A DNA stretch of 64,000 bases, taken from contig NC_042998.1 in the NCBI RefSeq assembly GCF_006345805.1, positions 58,528,001 through 58,592,000 on the forward strand, in the 5' to 3' direction. Under the pieces are notes generated by a model. It searched no databases. It saw nothing but the letters and a program-made list of their open reading frames with translations, and was not told where the DNA came from. Below are positions 10,626 through 24,825 of this stretch, one piece after another. This DNA comes from Octopus sinensis (taxonomy: Eukaryota). Positions within the stretch are counted from its first letter, which is position 1. Every line of letters starts with the position of its first letter. The position numbers and the translations under genes were made by a program.

Positions 10626-10809
10626 GCAAGTAACTTTTATTATTTTTATGTTACTGTACTCACTTTTTCAATAAGATTTTTATTCCCTTAAAAACATTTC
10701 AGGACAAATTTTAATTCATACACTTTTAACCTCACCTTTTATGTTAATTGTAATTAGCTTTATGTTTGCATCAGAAACTAGTCTTTGGTACACTTCATCA
10801 TGTTCCCTA

Positions 10810-10852
<43 letters not shown>

Positions 10853-12516
10853 ACGTTGACTCCTGTCGATCAATGATGACCATGTATCAACACGTTTCTT
10901 TTATCCTTTACTTGTTTCAGTCATTGGACTGTGGCCATACTGGGGCACCACTTTGAAGGGTTTCGTTTAATAAATTGTCTCCAGTAGTCAGTCATTTTTC
11001 TAAAGTCTCACACTTATTCTGTCAGTCTCTTTTGCCAAACCGCTATGTTAAGGGGTAAATAAACCAACACCAGTTGTCAAGTAGTGAAGGGTGGAAGGAA
11101 TAAACACAAAGATACACACACATGCACTCTCACACACACACACATACAGAGATTTTGTCTACCAAACTCACTCACAAGACACCGGCTTGCCTGGGACCAA
11201 AGTAGAAGACACTTTCCCTAGGTGCTATGCAGTAGGACTGAACCTCCAAACCACATGGTTGCAAAGCAAGCCTTTTAATGACACAGTCGTAGGCAAGAAT
11301 CTTTTTAGGAAATCTCTGTTGTAAACCTCTCCTTTACATGTCACTGATGTTTATCGAAAGGAAAGTCCACTAACTTTGACCAATTCTGCTTGGCACCAGC
11401 ATCATTGCAGTACTACTCTCAGAATGCATAAAACTGGAACACATACCTATTTCTTTACTACCCAGTTACATAAAGATGCTCAGCCCAGTGTGGGTTCAAA
11501 TTTCTGCAAACTGTTTGGTGACTTCAGGTGGCACAAAAAAAGCATCCAATCCATATTGTAAAGTGATTGGTGTTAGAAAAGGAATTTAGCTTTAGAAACT
11601 GTGCTAAAGCAGACATTTGAATACAATGCAACTCTTGGGCACTTCAGAACCAACCCATGACTCTATGGAACATGGATGTTAAATGATGGTGATTTATATA
11701 TATATGTGTATATATATGTATATATATATATGTAAATACATACGTTTTCTTTATTATGTTGCACATTACTTAATCATCGTTATATGTTTTATCTTATATT
11801 TAATCTTTCTATAATATGTAATTTTCTAGATGGTGTAATTTAATTTTTCAATATTGAGTTGATAAAAGGTGTTTTTTTTCTAATTTATATATATATATAT
11901 ATATATGTTATATTTTGTAAAATTTGATTTAGTATTTCTAAATTGAATTTTTCCCTGTAAATTTGGAATAATATTCCCTCATATTTTTATTATATAAATA
12001 TATATATATATATATATACATATATATAAGTTTTTACATCTCTGACTGGATTCAATGATACTGTGTATTTATACTATAAGTATTTTGATACAAATAATAA
12101 CAATTCAGTTAAATCCTCACAGGAAAAAAAATATAAGAAGCCACAACACTTGCTATTTAAAACATGAAAAAGTAAGCTTATAAACTTTAAGGCCTTGTTT
12201 TCCAAACGTCCTAGTGACAAGACCTTGTATTATTTTAAAAAGCAAAGTTATGCTACTCAACATTTTAACAAATGGACAAAAAAAAAAAGAACTTCATCCA
12301 TGTTTTCAGTTTGTAACTTGACATTAATGCAACTGTTACTGCAGTAATTTATCCCGAGTAATATAAATTTCTACAATTTTAGAATATAGAAATCCAAATT
12401 ACATTTTATTTTTGGCTAAGTGGTTCTTGATAAATCATTTTCTCCGAAGATTTCTGGCATCACATTGAGTATGAAAAATACCATTGTGAAATACACACAC
12501 ATGCACTCACACACAC

Positions 12517-12555
<39 letters not shown>

Positions 12556-14454
12556 ACACACACACACGCAAACATAAATCATTGTCATCTTCCTCATCAT
12601 TTTTATGTTGTTTCCTTTCTCTCCACACTGGCATGAGATAGATGAAATTTATTGATGCAGATTTTCTATGGCTGGATGCTCTTCTTGTTACTAACAATTA
12701 ACTGTTTTACACCAATAAGGTATTTTTCATTCCATTAGTCTTGACATGTCAAAACCAACAAGGTCCTTGACACTATGGGTCTTTTGTTTACCAGAGAAGG
12801 AAAAGTATAGTAACACTTTAACTCAACCGTTTTAGTGAAGTCTTGCAGAATCAAAGCATACACACATATCTTTTATCTTTTACTTACTTCAGTCATTAGA
12901 CTATGACCAAGCTGGAGCACCACCTTGAACAATTTATTTTAGTCTAACAAATTAATCCCAGTACTTACTTTTGTATTTTGCCTGGTCCTTATTCTTTCGA
13001 TCCCTTATTTTGAACAGCTAAGTTATAGGGATGTAAACAGAATTTACTCCTTATGTATGAAACCTAAAAACAATTTAACCCTTTTGATACCAACCCACCT
13101 GAAACCGCCTCTGGCTCTATTGTACAAATGTCTTATTTTCAAAAGTTTTGAATTAAAATCTTCCACCAAACAGTCACAATTTATGTTCTTAACACTAGCT
13201 TAATGATAAATAAGTTTTTTTTTCACTAAATTCTTTGTTATATCTAAAATTAATTGAACAAAACACAGAGCACCTCAACAGAAATATGGTAACAAAAGGG
13301 TTAAAACTTTCCTCTTGTGAGTTATGAATGTTAAGTTATTTTCTGAACAAACTGTAAAGGAGAAAGCAGAAAAGATGCTGCCTTTCTGTTGAAGAGTTTT
13401 GAGTTTGTATCTAATAGTTTTTAATATTCTGCACCTGAATATCTTCAAAATATTAAAACATTCTTTGTCCAAGTCACTTGAGAGCAGCAAAGCAATAAAG
13501 TAGATAGACTTAGACAGATTAAACAGCAAACTAAAATGGACACCAGAAAATTGTTTGGTGATTTACAATCTCAGAATGAAACACTATTCTTTTATTCTTT
13601 CACTAGTTTCAGTCACTGGACTGTGACCATTCTAGATCACCACCATCAAGAGTATTTAGGCGATCATTCAACCCTTGCTTTTATTTTCTATCTGGTACTT
13701 GTTTTATCATGTAGGAGTCTGGAGTCATTTCAACCATTTAGCAAATCATGAACACTATTATCTTCAATTTTTATTTCTTAACAGTACAGTCCGTTATGAA
13801 GTATCAAAAAGTTTCATTGCACTTCTTAGATCTGCTCATTGACACAACTCCATTACATCTGTTCACAATTGTTTCTAGTGAGTTTTTATAAACTTCAGAT
13901 GTTTCAGTCTGTCCTGCCTTTCTCTTTCCCTTTTTACATTGTTCTCTTTCCTTTTTCTTAGCTATATTCTTCTTTAAACAGGTAAATAATTAACTAATAC
14001 ATAAAGTAATTCTCATACTGTTTTTTTCTAGCTATCCTTTTGTGTATGAGTGAATTAACTTATTATTTTTTTTAAATTGGACCTGTGATTTTTTTTTATT
14101 TTCAGATTCTCAGATTCAATTTTCCTGTTTCCTCTCACTTCTTTTCTCCACCCCAATCTAATTTTCTGTGTGTGTGTGTGTGTGTGTGTGTATTTATTTT
14201 ATTGTTAACATTCTCATTAGTAGGATAATGGATTTGGCAGAATTTTTAGAACATTGGATAAAGTGCCTTATAGTATTTGTTCCTGTTCTTTATGCTCAGA
14301 GGCCAAGTCCTGCCAAGGGCACCTCAGCCTTTTATCTTCTGAGGACCAGTAAAACAGGATATCAGTCATGTATCGAAGCTGATTTAAATAATAAAGACCC
14401 CTTCAAATTTATGGCTTTCTGTCTAATTTAGAAATAATTATTGTTAATAGTGAT

Positions 14455-14770
14455 GGTGTGTGGCTTTGTGGTTAGGGTATTCAGCTTGTGTTGTACGGTC
14501 GTGAGTTCAATTCTAGACATTTCATTGTGTCCTTGAGCAAGACACTTTATTTCACATTGCTCCAGTCCACTCAGCTGGCAAAGATGAATAGTACTTGTAT
14601 TTCAAAGGGTCAGCCTTGTCACACTCTGTGTCACACTGAATCTCCTTGATTAAGGGTACACATGCATATGGTGTACTCAGCTGCATGCACAGTAATTCCA
14701 TGAACAAGCTATTCCATTGATTGGATCAACAAGAACCCTTGTTGTTATTAGCAATGGAGTGCCAGTTATT
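14455..14770 (+). mobile_element. tRNA-derived SINE (Ceph-SINE-like; related copies at ~19500-19810 (-), 27272-27600 (+), 47380-47590 (-))
   Basis: tRNA-like head followed by the shared ttgctccagtccactcagctgg...atttcaaagggtcagccttgtcacactctgtg core. Confidence 0.7.
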
Positions 14771-14831
14771 GTTAATAGTAGTCATTACTAAGATATTTTT
14801 TTCTTTTTCATGAGGATGGCTTTTGAATATT

Positions 14832-15138
14832 TTAGAGATGTTGACTGTTATGTATTTAGTCAACCCAAAAACATACAATTTCAGAAGTTATTTTCTCAAT
14901 TTCTAACTAAAAGCTAAGTTAATTTTCTTAACTGAAAATCAAAACATTAATGAACATAAAACAAGAGACACACATATGCTTGTATACGCATACATGTAAT
15001 ACAAATATATGGCTTGGCAAGTTACATGGCAACCTCACTAGTGTTGGTGCCACAAAAATGCATCCACTAACCTCTGTAATAACTTCTGAAATTGTATGTT
15101 TTGGGGTTGACTAAATACATAACAGTCAACATCTCTAA
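14832..15138. repeat. 61-bp inverted repeat pair around a 185-bp spacer
   Basis: ttagagatgttgactg...cagaagttatt (14832-14892) vs aataacttctg...catctctaa (15078-15138), one mismatch. Confidence 0.85.
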
Positions 15139-15290
15139 GGTATCCAACAGTAGAAACCATGAAACCATACCAAAGACACATTGGAACATGACACAAGCCT
15201 CTAACTTATTAGAACCTCTAAAACTGTCTGACTCATATCAACACTGAAGATATATGTAAAATGGTGATGATTATATATATATACCTAGGT

Positions 15291-15348
<58 letters not shown>

Positions 15349-15424
15349 GTATGTATGTATGTCTGTCTGTATGTATGTATGTATGTATGTATGTATGTAT
15401 GTATGTGCATATATATATATCATT

Positions 15425-15460
<36 letters not shown>

Positions 15461-15682
15461 GTTTAACATCTGCTTTCCATGCTGTCATGGGTTGGACGAT
15501 TTTGACTGAGGGCTGGCGAACCAGATGGCTACACCAGACTCCAATCTTGATCTGGTAGAGTTTCTACAGCTGGATGCCCTTCCTAACGCCAACCACTCCG
15601 AGAGTGTAGTGGGTGCTTTTTACGTGCCATCGGCACAGGGGCCAGTTAGGCAGTACTGGCAATGACCTCGCTCGAATCCTTT

Positions 15683-15713
<31 letters not shown>

Positions 15714-15963
15714 CATCACTGTCATAATCATCGATTTAGCATCCACTTTTCCAAGCTTGCATAATTCAGAGGCACTTAGCTGAGGCATATTTTCTGCAGA
15801 TGGATGCCCATCCTGTCACTGATCCTCATTTGTTTCCAAGCAACATAATATTTCCCCTTGTCTGGGTATGCTTTCAGAAATGGCTAGAAACAAATGACAC
15901 CACTTGTATGATTGTCACATGATATCAAAACAAGGAAGCACAAAATACATAAACAAATAAATG

Positions 15964-16004
<41 letters not shown>

Positions 16005-16586
16005 ACTCACAATGAATTTTTTTCAATTTCCACATAACAGATCCACATGCCTAAGGTGCCATGCAATGGGACTAAAGTTGAAATCATGTGGTTGCAAAGG
16101 AAATGTTTTAATTACATAATCATGTCTGCACCTATAGCCATTATCATCATTTTTATATCTACTTTTCCAAGCCGGGTTTGTTTGGGCCAGATGGAAGATT
16201 TTGAACCAGTGTTCTGGGGTCTGGGTGGCTGCTATCAGTTTGTGCCAGTTGCTGTTGATTAATCAAGTATTTTAGGACCCTGTACAGTCAATTTCCTCTG
16301 CAAAATAGGGATAACGATGGCTTGATGGAGAGACGAGTCCCATTAGTTGGAGTGGCTGCTGCAGCAAGTGTCACTGACCAATCTCCAAAGCAGTGCCATT
16401 GCGGGAATTACTGTGAGGTGCAGCTGAGTACATCACTTGTTCTGGAATATGTGGCCTATCACCCCCATCCCCTCCATCTTCCCCTGTTTTATTCTCCCAC
16501 TTTTTTTCCCCTTTTCTTTCTTATCTCTATCTTCTTTCCTCTTTCTTTGTAATTAAATGTTCTAATAAAATAATAATCTTAAAATT

Positions 16587-16907
16587 AGATGGCCCGAACA
16601 CATAAGCAATATGGAGCTATGGCAAAGAACAAATCAAGTTTCGATTAGGAAGCAAATATTTAAGAAAAAGTGGAAGTGGATTGGTAGCACAATTAGAAAA
16701 GAAACACCAAATGTAGTGAAAAGTGCTTTACAGTGGAATCCGGATGGATATAGAAAGAGAAGTAGGCCTAAGAACTCGTGGCGTAGACCAACACAAAAGG
16801 AACTAGAGAAAGGGGGACATTCATGGCAGAGTATTAGTACAGAAGCGAAAAATTATGCGACATGGAATTCAACTATAAGTGGCCTATACTCCGTGTTTGA
16901 GGGTTAA
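16587..16907 (+). mobile_element. RTE LINE ORF2 C-terminal fragment (second RTE family)
   Basis: RWPEHISNMELWQRTNQ...WKWIG..RK....ALQWNPDGYRKRSRPKNSWRR. Confidence 0.85.
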
Positions 16908-17459
16908 AGGCAAGGAAAGGAAAAAATAAAATAAAGAGTTTCCTTTTATCAAAAAACAAAACAACAAAAGTATGCCTATTCTAAATGATGGGCCTCAGCA
17001 CAATTTTTAGTCTATCAAATTCACTCACAAAAATCATTGGTCCATTCACTGCTACAATCAAAGACACATGCTGTTTAAAGTACCACACAAAAGGGTTGAA
17101 CCCAGAATCTAAGCAAAAACCACACAGCTACATCTTCAACTTCACTTTCACTTTCACATCACAATATAAGAATGATTATATATGTATCTCTTAGGAAACG
17201 TTTTAAACTTGTATCATGCTCAAGAGAGAATATTTATCTCGCATGTTCTTCATGCTGCAGAAATTAAAGTTAAGTACCAGTTTTATAGATTCTTGTGATT
17301 TATGGGATAAACTTATAACTGCTAGGGTGTGGTTTTCTGATCTTTTTCTGTGCTGAGTGTGAACAAGAGAGAGAAAGAGAGAGAGAGAGAAAAGAAAGGA
17401 GAAGCGAAAGAGGAGAGTGAGAGAGATAGAAAAAAAGAGAAAGGGGAGTGATAGAGAAA

Positions 17460-18480
17460 TGGTGTTGTGGTAATAATGGTGGTGGTGGCGGCAGTGGTGG
17501 TGGTGGTCATAGAAGCTGTGTGGTTGCTATGGGAACATTTTGTCAGGGTTTATTGCTCTTATGCATCTCCTGCGACACATATTGACATATTGATGTGGTT
17601 GGGTGTGTCTGAGTGCAATGTTTGGATTTAATGCAACTAATAGCTCTGATAGTAGAGTAGATATGGTGATGGAAGGTGGCGGTGTGGGGGTTGGGGTGGG
17701 GGGATGAGTTATTGGCAGTGATAATGTTTGCAATGTGGTGACGCTAGTAGTCTTGACTGTCTGGTGATGGTAGCAGTAGTTGTGATAGTTGTGGTGTGAC
17801 AGTGGGGACTGGTGATGGAGGTGGATGATAGTGACAGAGATGGTAACGGTGGATGATAGTGATGACATTGATGGTATATTAACTGTACAGGTTGTTGTTG
17901 GTAGTGGTGGTGGTGGCGAAGATGAGCATGACACTGTTGATCCTACTAGTGATGGTGTGATGGTAGTGGTGGATAGGACACTGGCAGTATTAACTATGTT
18001 GATAGTGATTGTTGTTGTGATGGTGGTGGTGGTGGTAGTGGTAGTGGTGGTGGTGGTTGTGGTGGTTGTGGTGGTGGGGTGGTAGTGGTGGTGGTGGTGG
18101 TGGTGGTGGTGATGGTGGTGGTGGTGGTGGTAGTGGTGGTGGTGTGGTGGTGGTGGTGGTGGTGGTGGTGGTGGTATTGGTGGTAGTTGTGATGTCACTG
18201 GTATTGACTATAGTGGGAAAGATGGTGGTGGTGATAGTGGTGGTGGTGACAGTCATGGTGGTGATGATGTTTGTGGTGGTGGTGGTGGTTTTGGAAGTAT
18301 TAACTATACTATTGGTGTTAGTTGTAGTGGTGATGATGGCAGTAGGGATGTAGTGATCATGGTGGCAGTGGAGGCACTGGTAATAACAAGTGCGCTGTTG
18401 GTGTCGACGGTGGTGGTGGTGGTGGTGGTAGTGGTGGTGGTGATGGTTTTGACAGTTGCAGTATTATTTACAATGATAGA
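17460..18480. repeat. ~1 kb (GGT/GAT/GTA)n-rich low-complexity tract
   Basis: Near-pure (GGT)n at ~18020-18180 with a degenerate halo. Confidence 0.9.
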
Positions 18481-18529
18481 AGTGCTTATGTAAGCAATTG
18501 CAGTTGATTGTGAGTGATGACACTGGTGA

Positions 18530-18910
18530 AATATATTCTTTTCTACTCTAGGTACAAGGCCCGAAAATTTTGCAGGGGGCAGGCCAGTTGATTAGATCAA
18601 TCCCAGTACACAAGTGGTTCTTAATTTATTGATCCCAAAAGGATGAAAGGCAAAGTCAATTTCAGTGGAATTTGAACTCAGAACGTAACAGCAGACAAAA
18701 TACCACTAAGCATTTCACCTGGCCTGCTAACGTTTCTGCCAGCTCACCACCTTATGTAGAAATATTTTTTTCTACTCTAGGCACAAGGCCCGAAATTTTT
18801 GGGGAGGAGGTCAGTCAATTACATTGACCTCTAGTACACAAGTGGTACTTAATTTATCAACCCCAAAAGGATGAAAGGCAAAGTCGACTTTTGCGGAATT
18901 TGAACTCAGA
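18530..18910 (-). mobile_element. Two tandem copies of a second tRNA-SINE family (others at ~31300-31530, 42655-42870, 46355-46575 (+), 48810-48980, 52365-52575, 55150-55435)
   Basis: Shared ctactctaggcacaaggcccgaaatttt...aaaaggatgaaaggcaaagtcgac...gaatttgaactcag; the reverse strand begins with a tRNA-like head. Confidence 0.8.
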
Positions 18911-20051
18911 AGATTCAAATACAAAAGGATTGGTGTCTAGCAGCAGAGATGTAGTGCTTGTTTCAACTCCTGTTACATAGGGTTCTATTTTGCAACTGGT
19001 CTGTGTGCATTAGCACACAGACCAGTTGCTCTAGAGAAGTGTTGTGAGCCCTGTTTTGATTCTGTTTACCAAATAAAAAAAATATTACAGAAGTGATAAG
19101 AATTACCATTAGTAATTATGATATTACTTCTGATACTGATATTGTTGATTAACGTAGATCAGTTCCTAAACAAATATTTTATAACACTGTAATAACTGAT
19201 CAGATATTCATTCAATTTATGGTTTAGCTATGACAATTATTATTAGATATGTTCATAGTCACAAAATGGAGGTGAACTAGGAACCTTTAATTCTTTAATT
19301 TATTGAGTCTGAAGGAGAGTGGGGTTATGCCTATGCCCTAGGCTCTCTGACACTAGTGAGATTGATACCATTAACATTCCTTTTTAACTACTTTTGTAAG
19401 TCATTGCTTGCAGAAAAGACATGAAAAGGGGAGAAATTGTGCAGGGCTAATGTTCTGAAGGGGAAGGCCCAAACATAGTCATTAACTGGTACTCCACTGG
19501 TTACACTCACAAGGGTTACAGTTGGTCCAAACAATGGAACAGCCTGCTCATGAAATTAATGTGCAAGTAGCTGAGCACTCCTCAGGCATGTGTACTCTTT
19601 ATGTAGTTCTCAGGGAGATTCAGTGTGACACAGAATGTAACAAGGCTGGCTCTTTGAAATACAGGTACAACTAATTTTTGTCAGCTGAGTGGACTGGGGC
19701 AATCTGAAATAAAGTGTCTTTCTCAAGGACACAATGCACTGTTGGGAACTGAACTCACAACCTTAGGATTGTGAGCTGAATACTCTAACCACTAAGCCAT
19801 GTGCCTTCACTGTAATGATGATTAGTGTAGGGCACAAGAATAATTGAGCAGAACAGAGGCCATTACTGAAATTATAGAAAAGGCAGAGAAGGGAAACAGC
19901 AAACATGTAGGCCAGAGGCAGGGGTATGTAACTTTATGCCAGTCGATCAAGTGATGCTTTTTGGGTGCAGTCCAAAACGATTGTGTGCATAGCAGCAGCA
20001 ATATTTATTAACGACAGAGGCCATATTAATACTGAGAAGTAATATTTATCC

Positions 20052-20239
20052 CCACTTAAAAGTGGATGTTCTGTTAGAACAAACTATACTGTGGTAGATA
20101 TCATGAGAGAAACTCTCATACTGGCTTTTGGTGCAAATATAAACAAGAATGCATTTTGCACCAAAAGTTAATATGAGAGTTTCTCCCATGATATCTACCA
20201 CAGTATAGTATGTTCTAACAGAACATCCATGTTGAAGTG
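20052..20239. repeat. ~190 bp fold-back hairpin
   Basis: tggatgttctgttagaaca...cttttggtgcaaat vs attttgcaccaaaag...tgttctaacagaacatcca; loop about 14 nt. Confidence 0.9.
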
Positions 20240-22754
20240 AGCATAAATGGAACGTCCATGTTTAAGTGAGCAGCAGTGATGTTCCAGGTTTGTGAGTAAT
20301 ACTCTAATGTTTTGTAGAGTATCAGGATATATATTGCATACACGAATATCATTTGTTTAGGAGATAAAGAACGTAAATTTTAAAATAAGGATGTTTTACT
20401 TTGATATCTGTTTACTGTAGTGAACACATCCAGGAATAAAACATCTCAGTATTTGGCTCACAATCTCAAGACCATGAGTTCGATTCCCAGTGGCACAATG
20501 CATCCTTGAGCAAATCAGAGATGAAGTCAATAGACACCAATTTTATCATTTTTTTTTAAATAGCCATTTCAAACATTTTATCTAACTCAGTTGGAATATT
20601 TATCTCTCATATTCTTACGCTACAGAAATTAGAATTAAATGCAGTAGAAAAAAATTAGCACTGAAGTACATGGTTCTTCTTTTATTTTAAAGAGAGTATA
20701 AAATTAATTGAAGGAGATTTCACTATTTTATAAAGAAGGCTGAATAACTACATAAAAGCTAGCTGTTGATTACAGAGGGTTTTGGTAGGGCTTTTTCTTT
20801 CATGATTTTTCATTGCATAATCCAAGATAAAAGAAGAGTTAATGTTTTTACTACATCAGTAAATCGATATCTGTGAAAAATCATATAATAGAAGGTTGGG
20901 AGACTAAAAGTTTCAGTTACAGGGAGGAAGGGCTGAGTAAAAAGTCTTTGGCATATTGGTGAGAGAGTAGTAATGATAAGAGAAAAAGAGATAGTGTGAG
21001 GGTTGTGGATCGGGAACTACTAGAACAGATAGAAAGAAGAGACAGTGTGTCAGTAGGTTAATAATTGCAGCTTAGTGGAGATACTAATGCTGATCGCTAC
21101 TGCTACTGTTTTTATTGCTAATAATGGTTATGATTGTGGAAAGTTAATTACCATCAGGTACAAATTTGCTTAAAGCAGAGTTGGCAGAGTTTTTAAAATG
21201 CCACATAAAATGTCTACTTGCATTATTTGTTCTGTCTCTCTGTATTCTGAGTTCAAATCTTACCAAAATCTACTTTGCCTTTCAACCTTTAAGGGTCAAT
21301 TAATAGAGTACTAATAACTTAATGGGATCGATACTTCTCTCTTTCGCTCTCTCAGCATTGATTACACTGTATTTTGATTTTGAGTGTGTGCAATGTCACA
21401 AATGATTAGACCCTACTGACACAATCTGAAATCCCCAAGTAACTCAGAAGGGCCACCTATACTTCAGAAGTTGCTGGTTACACATAGATACAAATTTGCT
21501 TAAGTCCATGGAAGTTCAACTTCAAATCTTAACACTCATCTTTCCATAATGTGCTTTATATCGGAATGATAATGCATTGAAATTGTATAGGGACATGTGT
21601 TCAGAACACCCTTGGATTCAGTCTCACTGTGCAGCCTCGGACTGACCAAAGCCTTGTGGGTGACTCTGGTAGGCAGAAGTTCTATTGTGTGCATACAAGT
21701 GGGAAAGTGTTTGTGCCTTCTTTGATAGAATGAAGAGAATATACATTTCTTTTGTCTTTGACTTGTTTCACTAATCCTGAAGGACTTAGTCAATCAAAGC
21801 AAGTTCAGAAATTATTTTCATTCTAAATCTGGTACTTGTGATACTGGTCTCTTTTGTTGAAACACTAAGTTATAGGAATGTAAACAAACCAGCACCAACT
21901 GTCAAGTGGTACGGGGACAAACACAAAGGCACACAATAAGCTTCCACACAGTTTTCATCTATCCAAATCATTCACAAGGTACTGGTTGGCCAGGAGCTAT
22001 AGCAGAAGCTACTTTCTCATGGTGATGCACATTTAGACAGAACAAAAAAGACCATGTGGTTGGGAAGTGAACTTCCCAATCACACAGTCATAACTGTGTC
22101 TAAGTATTTAGTATATAAATATACTAATCAGGTTTGATTAGGAAAAAATGGTCTACTGCTGGTAATCAGATATATCAGTACTACCAATTGCATGATGAAA
22201 ATGTCAGTGACTTTATTGGAAACACCACTATTAGATCTCTTTCTAGTGGATGAAGGGTAGTGGGGTACTCTGGCAGGACACTAAAACAATACCTGTCTAT
22301 TTGAAGGAGCTTGTCATGTGAGTTATTTAGTGACCTCATTAGTGCTGGTATCAGAAAACAAGTTACTTAGAACACTCTCTAAAGTAACTGGCTTTAGGAA
22401 AATAATCTAGTCATAGAAACCATGCCGAAACAAAAGAATGGAGCTTGATGTCATTCTCATTGATCCTAATAAACCATCTAACCCAAGCCAACATGGAAGG
22501 AGGATGTCAATGATATATACTAATATATACTAATACTTTTTCAGTTTCCATCAACCAAATCCACTCAGAAGGTTTTAGTCAGCCCAGGGCTATAAAAGAA
22601 GACACTTGCTCAAGGTATTACACAGTGAAACAGAAGCCCAAACCATGTATTTGAGAACTGAACTTCTTAATGCCTGTGCCTCAAATGGTGATGCCTACAG
22701 CATCTAGGTTTCCTAGGTAGTCACCCTTGTAAATGCTAATGATGCTCAATTATT

Positions 22755-23260
22755 CATCATCATCATCATCATCATCATCATTTAATGTCCACTTTCCATG
22801 CTAGCATGGGTTGGACAATTTGACTGAGAACTGGCAAACCAGATAGCTGCACCAGGCTCCAATCTGATCTAACAGAGTTTCTACAGCCGGATACCCTTCC
22901 TAATGCCAACCACTCTGAGAGTGTAGTGGGTGATTTTACGTGCCACCAGCACGAAGACTAGTCTGGCGGTACTGGCAATGGCCACACTCGAAACAGTGTT
23001 TTTTATGTGCCACTTGCACAGGAGTCAGTCCAGTGGCATTGGCAATGACCTCACTTGAATGTTTTGCTCATGTGCCACCAGCACAAGTGCCAGTAAGGTG
23101 ACACTGGTAACAATCACACTCAAATGGTGCTTTTTACGTGCCCACCAGCACGGAAGCCAGACAGCTGCTCTGGCTGTGATTCCGCTCGCATGGAGCTGTT
23201 AGCGCTCCACTGGCATGGGTGCCAGTCATCGAATTTGGTTCAATTTCGATTTCAATGATG
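22755..23260 (-). mobile_element. RTE 3'-UTR-type repeat with (CAT)n tail (others at ~15420-15680, 30615-31040, 36930-37350, 40230-40470, 41310-41880, 42880-43135, 44440-44700, 48540-48785)
   Basis: Same tccatgctagcatgggttggac...ctacagctggatgcccttcctaacgccaaccactc...ggtgcttttacgtgcca block as the 3' UTR of the ORF-bearing copy at 8210-9065. Confidence 0.8.
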
Positions 23261-24435
23261 ATTAATTTTGGGTGATCAGACAAGAACTAGTCCTTTCAAT
23301 ACAATATAGTCATAAGCCATAACAATGTAATACAATACATCTATACACTTGAGCTCCTTATTTCTAACATGAATAAGGGCATAACATACAAATGTATAAA
23401 TGCATAACACATAATAAGGCATAACATATAAAAATCTCCACTCGATTGAGGGAGTATTGTCATGTGACTTGCTTAGCAATATTTTTATTTTCAACTTAAA
23501 ATTCCTTAATATTTCTTTCAGACAACATAGGACCACACAAATGGGATCAAACACTCAAATACATTACTTTTTCTTTTTGTTATTGATGCAATAAGGATGA
23601 GCTACTAAAATGATTTACTTGTATTTCTACCTTATCCTAGTGCATGTCCTTAAGTAAGACTCTCTATTTTAGAGCTTTAATCTGCAAGTCAAAAGAAAGA
23701 AACATTTTTATTTTAAAATCTTGTCAAATGAGTTATAGAAATGTCTACAATGCAAGTTCAACAAGAGTAGGATAACATGATCAATAATTTATGCAAATAT
23801 ATACGAAAGAATCAATGAATTCTATCTGAAATAAAGAAAGGATAATAAAAATCTCACATTAAAATTTTACTCAGTTTAAAAACCAAGTATCCTAATCTGA
23901 AACCAGTCTGGGATGATGTATAGATCTAATGAAGTTGATTGTGTCTAGAACATTGATTGAATGAGAATCTAATCAGTTATCAATGTGCCAAAGAATATTG
24001 CCTCTTCTATTGATAAGCTTTGTTTCCATAGATAATCTACAATCAACTTCTGCTTCATTTCTGGCTTCCTTCATCTTTATTATTAATATTATTTCTGTCT
24101 TATCCAGTTTTTGGAGATGTTTCAATCTGCGTCAGTCATCTCAACTATCACACACACACACACACCAAAACTCATATACATATATGTTACACATTTTAAT
24201 ATGTTTTTGTCTACTTTTCCATGCTAGCGTGGGTTGGACAGAGACATATATTTTAAAGTGGCTTCTTAGGCTAGTTGGCCTTCTTTAATCAATCTTTACC
24301 CATTTTCAAGTAAAGGATTTCTTTATTTTATTAGTCTTTGAAAGTGCAGAGTGGCCAGATGTGATATCAACAGGGAATGTAAACACCATTCATGCAAATG
24401 TGTGATGCACAGCACACACTCATATGAACAAACAC

Positions 24436-24466
<31 letters not shown>

Positions 24467-24825
24467 CACATGCATGTGCACACATGCACACTCACACACA
24501 CGTGCTCACACACACACACACACACATGTACACATAAGCAATTTCAGGGTGGGGCTAAGTCAATTACATAGACCCCAGTACTCAGCTGATACTTATTTTA
24601 TCAGTCCAAAAAGATGAAAAAGTAAGTCAATCTTGGTAGAATTTGTAGGTGTAAAAATTAAAAAGTGTTTCATCTCTAAACATGATGCTGAAAAGTTATC
24701 ACAGTAATAAATCTCAAACATTGTGATGTATCAACATTTTGAACTAGTTCAAGAAAACAATTAATTTTTCGTTTTGGGATTTGGTTTACAAGATTCTTTG
24801 TGAGTTCGTGTGTTGAAGCTTATTT

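Noticed and set aside
10630-10635. Canonical GT donor for the first PLC exon
   Set aside because: Out of frame with the next identified exon (early TGA); retained only as an alternative.
17527-18353. Poly-Pro/His/Thr/Val/Gly ORFs
   Set aside because: Translations of (GGT)n; no splice or homology support.
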